Shown here one piece after another: positions 7,659-16,936 of a DNA stretch of 32,000 nucleotides. Position 1 is the first letter of the stretch. Every line of letters begins with the position of its first letter. Source of the DNA: Trichodesmium erythraeum IMS101 (GTDB lineage Bacteria > Cyanobacteriota > Cyanobacteriia > Cyanobacteriales > Microcoleaceae); assembly GCF_000014265.1 (NCBI RefSeq), contig NC_008312.1, forward strand, positions 6,120,001-6,152,000. Reading direction: 5' to 3'. A program made the position numbers and the translations under genes. The notes beneath the pieces are model-generated. The model searched no databases, had not been told where the DNA came from, and saw only the letters and a program-made list of their open reading frames with translations.

Positions 7659-10481
7659 TTACATCCCAACTACATCCCAAGTTGAACTGAACCTTGCGGG
7701 GTTAAGTCCACTATCCTTTGTGCCCTCATCGTTCATCAACCAAATTCTGTTAGCTCCATTTGGGTGATGCCAGAAAATGTCTGCGACTCCGTCAGTATTG
7801 AAATCTGCGACTCCCGCTACATCCCAAGCTGACCTGAAGCTTCCGGGGTTAAGTCTACTATCCCGTGTGCCCTCATCGTTCATCAACCAAATTCTGTTAG
7901 CTCCATTTGGGTGACGCCAGAAAATGTCTGCGACTCCGTCAGTATTGAAATCTGCAACCCCCGCTACATCCCAAGCTTTACCAAACTTTCCGGGGCTAAC
8001 TGTACTATCCCGTGTGCCCTCATCGTTCATCAACCAAATTCTGTTAGCTCCATTTGGGTGATGCCAGAAAATGTCTGCGACTCCGTCAGTATTGAAATCT
8101 GCAACTCCAGCGACATCCCAAGCTTTACCAAACTTTCCGGGGTTAACTGTACTATCCCGTGTGCCCTCATCGTTCATCAACCAAATTCTGTTAGCTCCAT
8201 TTGGGTGATGCCAGAAAATGTCTGCGACTCCGTCAGTATTGAAATCTGCGACTCCAGCGACATCCCAAGCCTTGCCAAACTTTCCGGGGTTAACTGTACT
8301 ATCCCGTGTGCCCTCATCGTTCATCAACCAAATTCTGTTAGCTCCATTTGGGTGACGCCAAAAAATGTCTGCGACTCCGTCAGTATTGAAATCTGCGACT
8401 CCAGCGACATCCCAAGCTTTGCCAAACTTTCCGGGGTCAACTGTACTATCCCGTGTGCCCTCATCGTTCATCAACCAAATTCTGTTAGCTCCATTTGGGT
8501 GACGCCAGAAAATGTCTGCGACTCCATCGGCATTGAAGTCAAACCGGGTTGGTTCAGTGTCGGTGGGAGGGGGGCTAGTTTGGGGGGAGCTAGTTTGTTC
8601 CGATAATTTTATGACAAAACCATCCCCGAAGCCATTAGAGGTAAAATCATTGTTCCCATCGCCGTCGATGTCAATGTTGCCATAAAAAGAACCCCCCACG
8701 AAGACATTGTCGCTGCTGTCTGTGGTTATGCTATTAGCATAGTCCAAACTGCTACCGCCGATCTGTTTAGCCCAGACCAAATTGCCATTGCTGTCGAACT
8801 TGGCTACATAACCATCCGTGAATCCATTAGAGGTCAAATCATTGTTTCTATCGCCGTCGATGTCAATGTTGGCGGAAAAAATACCCCCCACGAAGACATT
8901 GCCACTGCTGTCTGTGGCTATGCTATTAGCATAGTCATCACTGCTACCGCCGATCTGTTTAGCCCAGACCAAATTGCCATTGCTGTCGAACTTGGCTACA
9001 TAACCATCCGTGAATCCATTAGAGGTAAAATCATTGTTCCCATCGTCGTCGATGTCAATGTTGCCATCAAAATAACCCCCCACCAAGACATTGCCGCTGC
9101 TGTCTGTGGTTATGCTATTAACATTGTCCCAATTGCTACCGCCGAGCTGTTTAGCCCAGACCAAATTGCCATTGCTGTCGAACTTGGCTACATAACCATC
9201 CAGGTCGCCATTAGAGGTCAAATCATTGTTCCAATCGCCGTCGATGTCAATGTTGCTCCGAAAAGAACCCCCCACCAAGACATTGCCACTGCTGTCTGTG
9301 GTTATGCTATAAACATTGCCACTGCTGTCTGTGGTTATGCTATAAGGAGAGTCCCAATTGCTACCGCCGATCTGTTTAGCCCAGACCAAATTGCCATTGC
9401 TGTCGAACTTGGCTACATAACCATCCCCGAAGCCATCAGGGATCAAATCAATGCTCCCATCGCCGTCGATGTCAATGTAGCTCTCAAAAGAACCCCCCAC
9501 CAAGACATTGCCGCTGCTGTCTGTGGCTATGCTATTAGCATTGTCCCAATAGCTACCGCCGATCTGTTTAGCCCAGACCAAATTGCCATTGCTGTCGAAC
9601 TTGGCTACATAACCATCCCCACCATCCCCGAAGCCGTTAGAGGTAAAATCATTGTTCCCATCGCCGTCGATATCAATGTTGCTCCGAAAACTGCCCCCCA
9701 CCAAGACATTGCCGCTGCTGTCTGTGGTTATGCTATTAACATAGTCATCAATGCTACCGCCGATCTGTTTAGCCCAGACCAAATTGCCATTGCTGTCGAG
9801 CTTGGCTGCATAAATATCCCAGTCGTTATTAGAGGTCAAATCATTGTTCCCATCGCCGTCGATGTCAATGTTGCCCTGAAAAAGACCCCCCACCAAGACA
9901 TTACCGTTGCTGTCTGTGGTTATGCTACTAACGTCGCCAGAGCTGCTAGCGCCGATCTGTTTAGCCCATTCAAATTGCAGGTTGAGGGTATCGGAGTAGC
10001 TGGCCATCGTTTCTACTTGCAATGCTAGAGAGAGCTTGCTTTTACCCGTCCTCACCTCCAACTCCCAGTTCCCCCCTTTAACTGCCGCCCCAGTCAAAGA
10101 CTTAGAAGCCGCTATCTCAGCCCCCGTCAACCGATGCAACTTATCAATAAACTCTTCCCCCCCATCCCCGGCAGCGACGTTACAACCATAGAGCAGAAGG
10201 TTGTCTAGTTGCCATTGTTGCAGTTGGGACTCATAGCCCTTGAGAGTATCCAAACTCAATTGGCTATTTCCCAGATACAGACAACCAGGAGAACCGTGGG
10301 AGATAATATGAAGGGTATCCGTTTCTGGATTTTTTTGGAGGATATCCCCTATCTGTTGGATACCGTCAGTGTCGCCGCCGAGGAGAAAAGGTTTAACTCC
10401 CGTAACGACTCCCTTTAATAGTTGCTGGTAGTTTTCTACACTAGCATCTATTATTACTATACTTTTTGTGTTTAGTTTCAT
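7659..10481 (-). CDS. Large multi-repeat protein: N-terminal DUF4347-like domain, 7 SBBP-type beta-propeller repeats each with a DxDxDG loop, a Pro/Thr/Ser linker, and 6 FG-GAP/VCBS-like repeats
   Basis: 940-aa ORF. The N-terminus (IVIIDASVENYQQLL...LHIISHGSPGCLYLGN...LLLYGCNVAAG...GGNWELE) matches the DUF4347 pattern. The unit [YVAKFDSNGNLVWAKQIGGS..D.ANSITTDSSGNVLVGGSF..NIDIDGDGNNDFTSNGFGDG] occurs 7 times. The linker is SEQTSSPQTSPPPTDTEPT. The unit [FNTDGVADIFWRHPNGANRIWLMNDEGTRDSTVNPGKFGKAWDVAGVAD] occurs 6 times. No classical signal peptide is seen. Confidence 0.88.
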   Translation of the reverse strand: MKLNTKSIVIIDASVENYQQLLKGVVTGVKPFLLGGDTDGIQQIGDILQKNPETDTLHIISHGSPGCLYLGNSQLSLDTLKGYESQLQQWQLDNLLLYGCNVAAGDGGEEFIDKLHRLTGAEIAASKSLTGAAVKGGNWELEVRTGKSKLSLALQVETMASYSDTLNLQFEWAKQIGASSSGDVSSITTDSNGNVLVGGLFQGNIDIDGDGNNDLTSNNDWDIYAAKLDSNGNLVWAKQIGGSIDDYVNSITTDSSGNVLVGGSFRSNIDIDGDGNNDFTSNGFGDGGDGYVAKFDSNGNLVWAKQIGGSYWDNANSIATDSSGNVLVGGSFESYIDIDGDGSIDLIPDGFGDGYVAKFDSNGNLVWAKQIGGSNWDSPYSITTDSSGNVYSITTDSSGNVLVGGSFRSNIDIDGDWNNDLTSNGDLDGYVAKFDSNGNLVWAKQLGGSNWDNVNSITTDSSGNVLVGGYFDGNIDIDDDGNNDFTSNGFTDGYVAKFDSNGNLVWAKQIGGSSDDYANSIATDSSGNVFVGGIFSANIDIDGDRNNDLTSNGFTDGYVAKFDSNGNLVWAKQIGGSSLDYANSITTDSSDNVFVGGSFYGNIDIDGDGNNDFTSNGFGDGFVIKLSEQTSSPQTSPPPTDTEPTRFDFNADGVADIFWRHPNGANRIWLMNDEGTRDSTVDPGKFGKAWDVAGVADFNTDGVADIFWRHPNGANRIWLMNDEGTRDSTVNPGKFGKAWDVAGVADFNTDGVADIFWHHPNGANRIWLMNDEGTRDSTVNPGKFGKAWDVAGVADFNTDGVADIFWHHPNGANRIWLMNDEGTRDSTVSPGKFGKAWDVAGVADFNTDGVADIFWRHPNGANRIWLMNDEGTRDSRLNPGSFRSAWDVAGVADFNTDGVADIFWHHPNGANRIWLMNDEGTKDSGLNPARFSSTWDVVGM
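7662..8537 (-). repeat. Six tandem 147-bp (49-codon) coding repeats, nearly identical at DNA level
   Basis: The anchor CAGAAAATGT recurs at 7771, 7918, 8065, 8212, 8359 and 8506, an exact 147-nt period. Units differ by only a handful of substitutions. Confidence 0.95.
8604..9971 (-). repeat. Seven tandem coding repeats of about 192 bp (64 codons; variants 201 and 225 bp)
   Basis: The anchor CTGTTTAGCCCA recurs at 8763, 8955, 9147, 9372, 9564, 9765 and 9957. Confidence 0.93.
9281..9346 (-). repeat. In-frame 33-bp tandem duplication (32/33 identical) inside repeat 4, duplicating YSITTDSSGNV
   Basis: cattgccactgctgtctgtggttatgctataaa (9281-9313) is followed by cattgccactgctgtctgtggttatgctataag (9314-9346). 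This explains the 225-bp repeat variant. Confidence 0.95.
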
Positions 10482-10696
10482 TATTTTTGAGAGATAAATT
10501 AAATTTTTAGATATTTTGGGGTCTGAAATTTCCTATGGGGTCTAACTGCGATATAGCTGCTGTACTTGCCGCTTTACCCAAGCTTTCCCAAAAAGGAAGT
10601 ACCATTGGGGCCCAAAACAGACAAACCTAAGATAATCTACATAAATCTTTTGTTTTCTATAAAAAATCACTCCTATTCCTGGTAATAGTCTGCCAG

Positions 10697-11081
10697 TCAA
10701 CTAAAGCATTTGCTGAAGAAGGTACCTAGTTTGACAGTAAAAGTATCAGCCGAAAAAATATTAGTGATACCAGTACCGTGAGCGCTATCTTTAACAGGGT
10801 TAATATTGAAACTATTAGGATATCCTAAACCAGTGAACCCCTCTACAGTAATAGTGCCTAGACCAGACAGAGTTCTGTAAACTATTAGGGTTAGCAGGAT
10901 AGTAGTTAAAAGCAGTAGCAGAAGCATGTTTCCTATATCTGAACATTACTATTCTCAATGCTAAAAAGTGCAGAACCTAAAACACCACTTTCACAAGTAC
11001 GAGCTACAGTAGCACACCTCAAAGCGCTCCAAGAACTAGTCTGCTAACTACAGTGAAGCAAGAAATGATTTGGTTTTTCAT
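10697..11081 (-). pseudogene. Possible decayed gene for a small secreted protein (the 76-aa ORF alone is dubious)
   Basis: On the minus strand the ATG at 11081 gives a signal-peptide-like MKNQIISCFTVVSRLVLGAL*. Shifted frames continue ..ESGVLGSALFSIENSNVQI*, ..ASATAFNYYPANPNSLQNS.., and ..GLGTITVEGFTGLGYPNSFNINPVKDSAHGTGITNIFSADTFTVKLG (the listed ORF 10697-10927). At least two or three frame changes are needed. Confidence 0.25.
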
Positions 11082-11499
11082 TTTCAACTTTTTTAATTCC
11101 GAGGTAACTTCTGTTTTCTAATCTTAAAATAATTTTTGTTTTCAGGTAACGTAAATTCTATAGTATTTTTTAATGACATATACTATTTATATTTATATTA
11201 TTTATGTAAAAAGTTATATAATTTATCTAGTTTAATTTTTTTTTAAATAACAAAATTTTCCAAAAAATGCAATAAAATAATCTGTGTAAACAATGTTAAA
11301 AAAGCCTTAAATTCTATTTCAGAATACATATCAAACGGTCAAAAGAAAGTATGTAAGCATTCAGCCATTGAATGCTTATCTAAGTTGACGGTAAACTTGG
11401 AGTAGGAAAAAAAATATTTAGCCCGAATAAAATCACAACTAAATTTTATAAAACTACAGCAAACTTGTTATCAAATATATAAATCAAAAACAGTCAAGT

Positions 11500-12777
11500 T
11501 CAGCTCTTTTGCCGCCAATCAGATATAACCTTTTCCAAATACCAAATCCGAGCTCTACCCGGATATTTTTCCTCAACTTTTGCAATCAACCTTTCTGCGA
11601 TTTCCCAATGCCCGCCAACCATTCTTAACAACTTTTGTTCCAATTGCTCATACTTAGTATCCTCATTAATATTCTGACTTTGAATAGGAACAGATGTCTG
11701 AATTTTCTTCAAATTATCCAAAGTTTTTTGATAATTATTCCAGTCTTCAGCATCCCCAAATAATTGAGCAGCATTCTGATAGTTATCTATAGCTTTTTTG
11801 ATATCTTCTAAACAAGAATAAACAATACCCCGGTTATAAAAAGCCTTAGCTTCATTAGAATTAATTTGTAATGCTTGATCATAATCTTTAATTGCCTCTT
11901 GGTAAGCACCAATATCCCGATAAACATTCCCTCTATTCACATAAATAACTGAATTATTTGGTTCAATATTTAAAGCCGCATTACAATCAGCGATCGCTCC
12001 TTTAAAATCACCTATTTGACCACGAACAATACCCCGATATTGATAAGCTAAAACACTTTGATTATTAAGTTGCAAAGCCTCATTAAAATCTGACATTGCC
12101 CCAAAATCATCCCCTTGTTTATAACGAATAATACCTCGAAAACAATAAGCTTCATAATCATATTTATCAACTTTTAATGCCCAGTTTAAATCCGCCATTA
12201 CCCCCTGGACATTCCCTTTTTCAAACCTGCTCAAAATTTCATTTAAAAAAGTCTTACTATCACCTTTTTTCCACTGAAAATTACCATCATTTTTTACAGA
12301 AGCAGGAACAAAATTTTGTAACTTTTTAATACTATCCAAACATTGCCGACAATTCACAGCATCCTTCTGTTCTAAATACAACTCTGCACCCCGTTTCAAA
12401 CTAGCAATTGCATCTGCTTGATTACCTTGTTTATCATAAGCATTACCCAATAACTTATATGCCGGAGCATACTTATCATCAATCCCAATTATCTGATGAG
12501 CATCCATAATAGTCCCAGCAATATTTCCTACTATTAACCTAGCAATACCACGACCAAAATAAGCATTAATATAATTAGAATTAATTGCCAAAGCCTCAGT
12601 ATAATCTGCAATAGCTTCTTCCCAATTTCCTAAATCAAACTCTGCCAAACCTCTGCGATAATAAGCTTCAGCAAAACTAGGATTAATTTCTATAACTCGA
12701 CTCAAATCTTGAATTGCTCCTTCATAGTCTCCAGCACAAGATTTTGCTACAGCCTGACTATATATTTCCTGTTCCAT
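11500..12777 (-). CDS. Tetratricopeptide (TPR) repeat protein with a non-TPR C-terminal tail
   Basis: 425-aa ORF with about 9 TPR units (A..Y..Al.i.P..a.AYy.RG motifs) in two blocks. The C-terminal 45 aa (LLRMVGGHWEIAERLIAKVEEKYPGRARIWYLEKVISDW) is not TPR-like. Confidence 0.88.
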   Translation of the reverse strand: MEQEIYSQAVAKSCAGDYEGAIQDLSRVIEINPSFAEAYYRRGLAEFDLGNWEEAIADYTEALAINSNYINAYFGRGIARLIVGNIAGTIMDAHQIIGIDDKYAPAYKLLGNAYDKQGNQADAIASLKRGAELYLEQKDAVNCRQCLDSIKKLQNFVPASVKNDGNFQWKKGDSKTFLNEILSRFEKGNVQGVMADLNWALKVDKYDYEAYCFRGIIRYKQGDDFGAMSDFNEALQLNNQSVLAYQYRGIVRGQIGDFKGAIADCNAALNIEPNNSVIYVNRGNVYRDIGAYQEAIKDYDQALQINSNEAKAFYNRGIVYSCLEDIKKAIDNYQNAAQLFGDAEDWNNYQKTLDNLKKIQTSVPIQSQNINEDTKYEQLEQKLLRMVGGHWEIAERLIAKVEEKYPGRARIWYLEKVISDWRQKS

Positions 12778-12915
12778 TTTTTTCTATTAAAGGTAAATTT
12801 AAATAAAAGTTTAACTAATTTCACTATCCCATTGTATGGCAGCTATCTGCTATTTGCCAAACAACCTTCCCTTATTCCTTGCCCCTTTTATTATGCCCCT
12901 TCTCTTATTCTGTAG

Positions 12916-12923
12916 GCGATCGC
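12916..12923. repeat. HIP1 octamer GCGATCGC (representative copy)
   Basis: Exact copies at 5554, 11990, 12916, 19075, 21568 and 23122. My rough estimate for this composition is about 0.1 copies expected by chance in 32 kb. HIP1 enrichment is a cyanobacterial hallmark. Confidence 0.9.
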
Positions 12924-13845
12924 CACTTAAACTTATCTATCAAATAGTGGGAAAACTTTTAAATTAATAAACCATTATCCAGGAAGCAATACTAAGCCAT
13001 CACCAGAAAACCTACCGACCTCTGTATAAACTTTTTCTATTAATTCTCAGATTAATATGCTTTGAGTTTCTGAGCCAAAAACTCAGTATTCAGGAAAACC
13101 AAAATCTTGATATTTAACTATTTTAATAATCTAATATTTATCTCTTTGTAAATATCCAAAAAAAGCAATTTTAACAACCTAATAAAAGAAGAAAAATAGA
13201 CAACAAAACACTATTTTTTTGTCAGAAATTTTGAATTTGTTATTCTCTGATAATAGTCAAATTCGGATAGTAATTTTTAGGTTTACCTCTCACCTTTAAT
13301 TCCAAAATTTTGTAATATTTATTTTTACTTATAAGCTTCATAGTTATGCATGGCTTTTAATCACTAGTTTTATATACTATATTTTGACCTGCACAATGTA
13401 AGATATAAATATCAGATAGGCTTTTTAAACTATAAAGCCGCAAAAAAAATTCCTAGGAACAAGAATCAAATATGATCCACAAACCTTGGCGCTTAAGCAT
13501 TGCACAGAAATGCTCCTGTACAGAAAATCTAGAAGTTAATAAATTCTGATTCCTAAACTAAACTGTATTGGTTTAAAATATAGTTTATACAGCTATATTG
13601 AATCTAATTGTAACTTAATTTTATACACAAATGATGCTACCGGAGGGGAAATAAACCTTTAAAGACATTTGCTGATGCTTAGAAACTTTTTGTATAGCCA
13701 TGCCTTTCCATTTTACTGATTAACCAACAAAATTAACGTCCTTACCTTTCAAACAAAAGTTTGGGCTACATTCGAGCTTAAAAGTTGTGTAAGTCCAGCC
13801 ATTAGTAAACCTGAGTACAAAAAAAAATAACTACATTAGGTCTAA

Positions 13846-14280
13846 CTAATCTTCCTCAATATACTCTGCTATATGAGGTAATTCTCCCATTTTAGCAGTA
13901 AGTAACTGGGGACCAGCAACCACAATTTTTGTTGCACCTTCCTCCACAAGCTCAAACAAAAACTTATCTATTAACGGTCTTTCTATTATTTCCTGAGATT
14001 CTAATTCTACATCCTTTTCTTTTGCCTTACGTTTCACCCGTTTCAAAACATCACCAGCTAAAGCGCGATAACCTTCCAACATTGAGCTTTGTAATTTATG
14101 CAAAGGATTAGATCCCAACCAACCACTCTGCCCCAACTCACCAATAATATCATGAATTGAGTTATTATTAATAAAAAATACAACCCTCAAATTACCTTGA
14201 TGTTCTTGTGTTGCTGAAACTGCTTTCCACATTGCTTTATCATAAGCGTAAGGATTTGCAATTACTAACCAGATACTCAT
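13846..14280 (-). CDS. Small cytoplasmic protein, tentatively universal-stress-protein-like (adenine-nucleotide alpha-hydrolase-like fold)
   Basis: 144-aa ORF. Its ATG lies 3 nt after the stop of the upstream permease gene, suggesting translational coupling. The alternating beta/alpha pattern (IWLVIANP...LRVVFFI...ATKIVVAGP) is Usp-like, but the canonical G-x2-G-x9-G(S/T) ATP motif is not evident. Confidence 0.6.
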   Translation of the reverse strand: MSIWLVIANPYAYDKAMWKAVSATQEHQGNLRVVFFINNNSIHDIIGELGQSGWLGSNPLHKLQSSMLEGYRALAGDVLKRVKRKAKEKDVELESQEIIERPLIDKFLFELVEEGATKIVVAGPQLLTAKMGELPHIAEYIEED

Positions 14281-14283
14281 ATT

Positions 14284-15711
14284 TTACACTCCCCACCCAA
14301 ATAAAGGCCAATAAAATTTCGCCATTGCCAAGAAGATCAAAGTTCCCACTAATTTTAGCAATAAGCCGCGCTTAAAAGCTTCAGCAGGCGACACATAACC
14401 ACTACCCATAATAATAGCCATTACCGGAGTACTGACTGGTAAAAGAAAAGCTAAACCCGATGGTAGAGTAATACCCAACGTCATTGCCCTTGGGTCTATT
14501 CCATATTTAGCAGCCAAAGCAAGTCCCACTGGCATCAAAACAGCTACTGCAGCAGCATTACTCATTCCCTCCGTCAAAAAAGTAATAATTAAAACCATTG
14601 CCACAAAACAAACAAAACCAGAATTTATCCATGACCCCAACAAATTTTCTGCCAATGCTTGTGCTGCCCCCGTATCCCTTAAAACTGCACTTAGAGCAAT
14701 AGCACTACCATACATCAAAAAAATACCCCAGTTAACATCCTCTTCTACCTCTTGCCAAGTTGCCAAACCACAAACGAAGCTACACATAACCCCAAAGAAA
14801 GCTATTGTATCCAGTCCCCAAGCTTTTCCCTTAAAAACCCATAATAAAACTATTCCCGTCACTAACGCTAATGTACCAATTTCCCTAGATGAAATTGTCC
14901 CAAGACTTTGCGATCTAACTTCAAGAAACTTTCGGGCACTAGATAAAGAAACTACTATACCTTTACCTATTTGTAATAGCACAAGATAAGCCACTATTAA
15001 CATCAGCACAACTAAGGGAACAGACCAAAGAAACCACTCCACAAAAGTGATATCATATTCTCCTTTTGTTGTGCTGCGAAGTACTCCTAATGCTAGAGGA
15101 GCTCTTGCGCCCCCCAGTAAAGTAGCGATACCACCAATACCGCAACCCCACCCCAAAGCCAAAAATGCTGCTAGACCAAAACGTCCACCAGACTTTGCAC
15201 CTGCTGCTTGAACCACTTCTATGACCACTGGGAATAACATAGCTGTGACAGCATAGGAACTAATTACAAAAGACATCAAAGCTGAAAGAATTAAGATAGA
15301 GGCAATTAGAGTATTTTGGCTATTACCAAAACGGGAAACTACTGTGAGAGCCAGACGAGTGCTAAGTCCTGAACGTTGAATAGGGCTGGCTAGAATAAAT
15401 GCTCCCAATACAAAGAATACTGCTTTATTGCCAAAATAGGCGTATGTGTCCGTAGCAGACATACTGCCACTTAGGGGAATTAAAAATAGTACCATCAAGC
15501 CTGTAACTGCTACTGGTAGAGTATTAGTTGCCCAGAGGAAGGCTGTGACTCCAAACACCGCTAAAGCTCCTTTTGCTTCTTTTTCGACTCCTGCCATTGG
15601 AAACAGAAGAATACCTAAATAAATTAGTGCTGCGGCTACAAACCAAAGCCAACGGTACTGAGGTTGACGAGATATGCGTAACCAAGTACGAAGATATTTG
15701 ATATTTTCCAT
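14284..15711 (-). CDS. SLC13/DASS-family anion permease (divalent anion:Na+ symporter superfamily; substrate unknown, sulfate or di/tricarboxylate type)
   Basis: 475-aa polytopic membrane protein with about 12 or more hydrophobic segments. Typical DASS segments are present (LWATNTLPVAVTGLMVLFLIPL, NAAAVAVLMPVGLALA, LPVSTPVMAIIMGSGY). Confidence 0.85.
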   Translation of the reverse strand: MENIKYLRTWLRISRQPQYRWLWFVAAALIYLGILLFPMAGVEKEAKGALAVFGVTAFLWATNTLPVAVTGLMVLFLIPLSGSMSATDTYAYFGNKAVFFVLGAFILASPIQRSGLSTRLALTVVSRFGNSQNTLIASILILSALMSFVISSYAVTAMLFPVVIEVVQAAGAKSGGRFGLAAFLALGWGCGIGGIATLLGGARAPLALGVLRSTTKGEYDITFVEWFLWSVPLVVLMLIVAYLVLLQIGKGIVVSLSSARKFLEVRSQSLGTISSREIGTLALVTGIVLLWVFKGKAWGLDTIAFFGVMCSFVCGLATWQEVEEDVNWGIFLMYGSAIALSAVLRDTGAAQALAENLLGSWINSGFVCFVAMVLIITFLTEGMSNAAAVAVLMPVGLALAAKYGIDPRAMTLGITLPSGLAFLLPVSTPVMAIIMGSGYVSPAEAFKRGLLLKLVGTLIFLAMAKFYWPLFGWGV

Positions 15712-16221
15712 TGTATATGTATGAATAATTTTTGACGTAGAGATTTGATTATACTTTTTATAAAACTAGAGAACAGAAAAGAGGAAATGAAAAAATAAAA
15801 ATCAAATTTTTCTTTCAAACTTTTACTCAAAGATTCAGATCATCTTTTGAGTTGACAACTACTTTGATCACTGATTTAGTATTTACATCTGAGAAAATTA
15901 GATTTTAATTATTATAAGCTAAGTATTAAATTTATCACATAAAACCTTTTTTTGTCAATCTATATAAATAGACTTTTCCAGAAAAGGTTCTCAAACCCTT
16001 ATACTACTCTTTCCCAATTGATACTTTTGCCAAAGGTCTAATAGAGCCAGGACTTAAGTACCCAAACAATAAACTTGATTTATTGCCCTAGTTATTGTTT
16101 TTTTACTCTAGTTAATTAACCAATAAATATCCTGGATAAATCCTGTCTCTGCCGAAGTATTAATAACTTTAAATCTTTTTTTATCAGGATTTAAATTTTG
16201 TTTTTCAGAGGATGAATGTGA

Positions 16222-16803
16222 ATGGAAAATAACAATCAAACTGGTGTAACAGTATGGTTTACTGGTTTAAGCTGTGCGGGCAAAACAACTCTCAGTTTTG
16301 CTATTGCAGAAGAATTGCAATCGCTCAATTACACAGTAGAAATTCTTGATAGTACTATTGTACGTCAAAACATTGGTAAAAGCTTGGGTTTTAATAAAGC
16401 TGATCGAGATGAAAATATCCGCAGAATTAGCTTTTTAGCCCATCTTTTAACTCGTAATCGTGTGATTGTTTTAGTATCTGCTATTTCTCCTTATAATCAA
16501 ATTCGTTGTGAGGCTAAAAAACGCATTGGTAACTTTATTGAAGTATATGTTAATGCACCTCTAGAAATTTGTGAAGCCAGAGATAAAAAAGGACTTTACC
16601 AACTTGCTAGAGCTAAAAAAATTAAAGAATTTACTGGTATTGACTTACCATATGAAGCACCACTTAATCCTGACGTTGAATGTCGCACTGACTTAGAAAC
16701 AGTCGCAGAAAGTAAAGAAAAAGTTATCCTAAAAATGGTAAATTTAGGTTATTTAAAACCTCGGAATTTTTCCCATAGTAGTGCTTATTTTTTCGATATT
16801 TAG
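16222..16803 (+). CDS. cysC: Adenylyl-sulfate (APS) kinase with a divergent DGDN motif
   Basis: 193-aa ORF that aligns by eye with E. coli CysC: WFTGLSCAGKTT (P-loop), LGFNKADRDENIRR, ISPY and FIEVYVNAPLEICEARDKKGLYQLARAKKIKEFTGIDLPYEAP. The canonical LDGDNVR reads LDSTIVR here. Confidence 0.88.
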   Translation: MENNNQTGVTVWFTGLSCAGKTTLSFAIAEELQSLNYTVEILDSTIVRQNIGKSLGFNKADRDENIRRISFLAHLLTRNRVIVLVSAISPYNQIRCEAKKRIGNFIEVYVNAPLEICEARDKKGLYQLARAKKIKEFTGIDLPYEAPLNPDVECRTDLETVAESKEKVILKMVNLGYLKPRNFSHSSAYFFDI

Positions 16804-16845
16804 AAGTTAAATTATATCCGGAATATTTCATTTCATAATACCAGA

Positions 16846-16863
16846 GTAGGGGGTTGCCCCTAC
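16846..16863 (+). terminator. Candidate cysC terminator hairpin (GTAGGGG-GTTG-CCCCTAC)
   Basis: A 7-bp GC-rich stem lies 43 nt after the cysC stop. It is followed by CAGATTTTAG, a short and interrupted U-tract. Confidence 0.4.
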
Positions 16864-16936
16864 CAGATTTTAGTTATGACATTGTTTTGAGTTTTTATTC
16901 TCTAAAATAGTTAAAAATTAATCCGATAAATTTGAA

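Noticed and set aside
7911-8606. 231-aa plus-strand ORF with its own internal repeats
   Set aside because: It is the antisense reading of the 147-bp tandem repeats of the 940-aa minus-strand gene. Its periodicity merely mirrors that gene. It has no independent motif or RBS, and its composition is unnatural.
7662-9971. Regular 147-bp and about 192-bp periodic repeats, considered as a possible CRISPR or other non-coding array
   Set aside because: The units are contiguous with no unique spacers. They are far longer than CRISPR repeats, and they lie entirely in one long open frame encoding recognisable propeller repeats.
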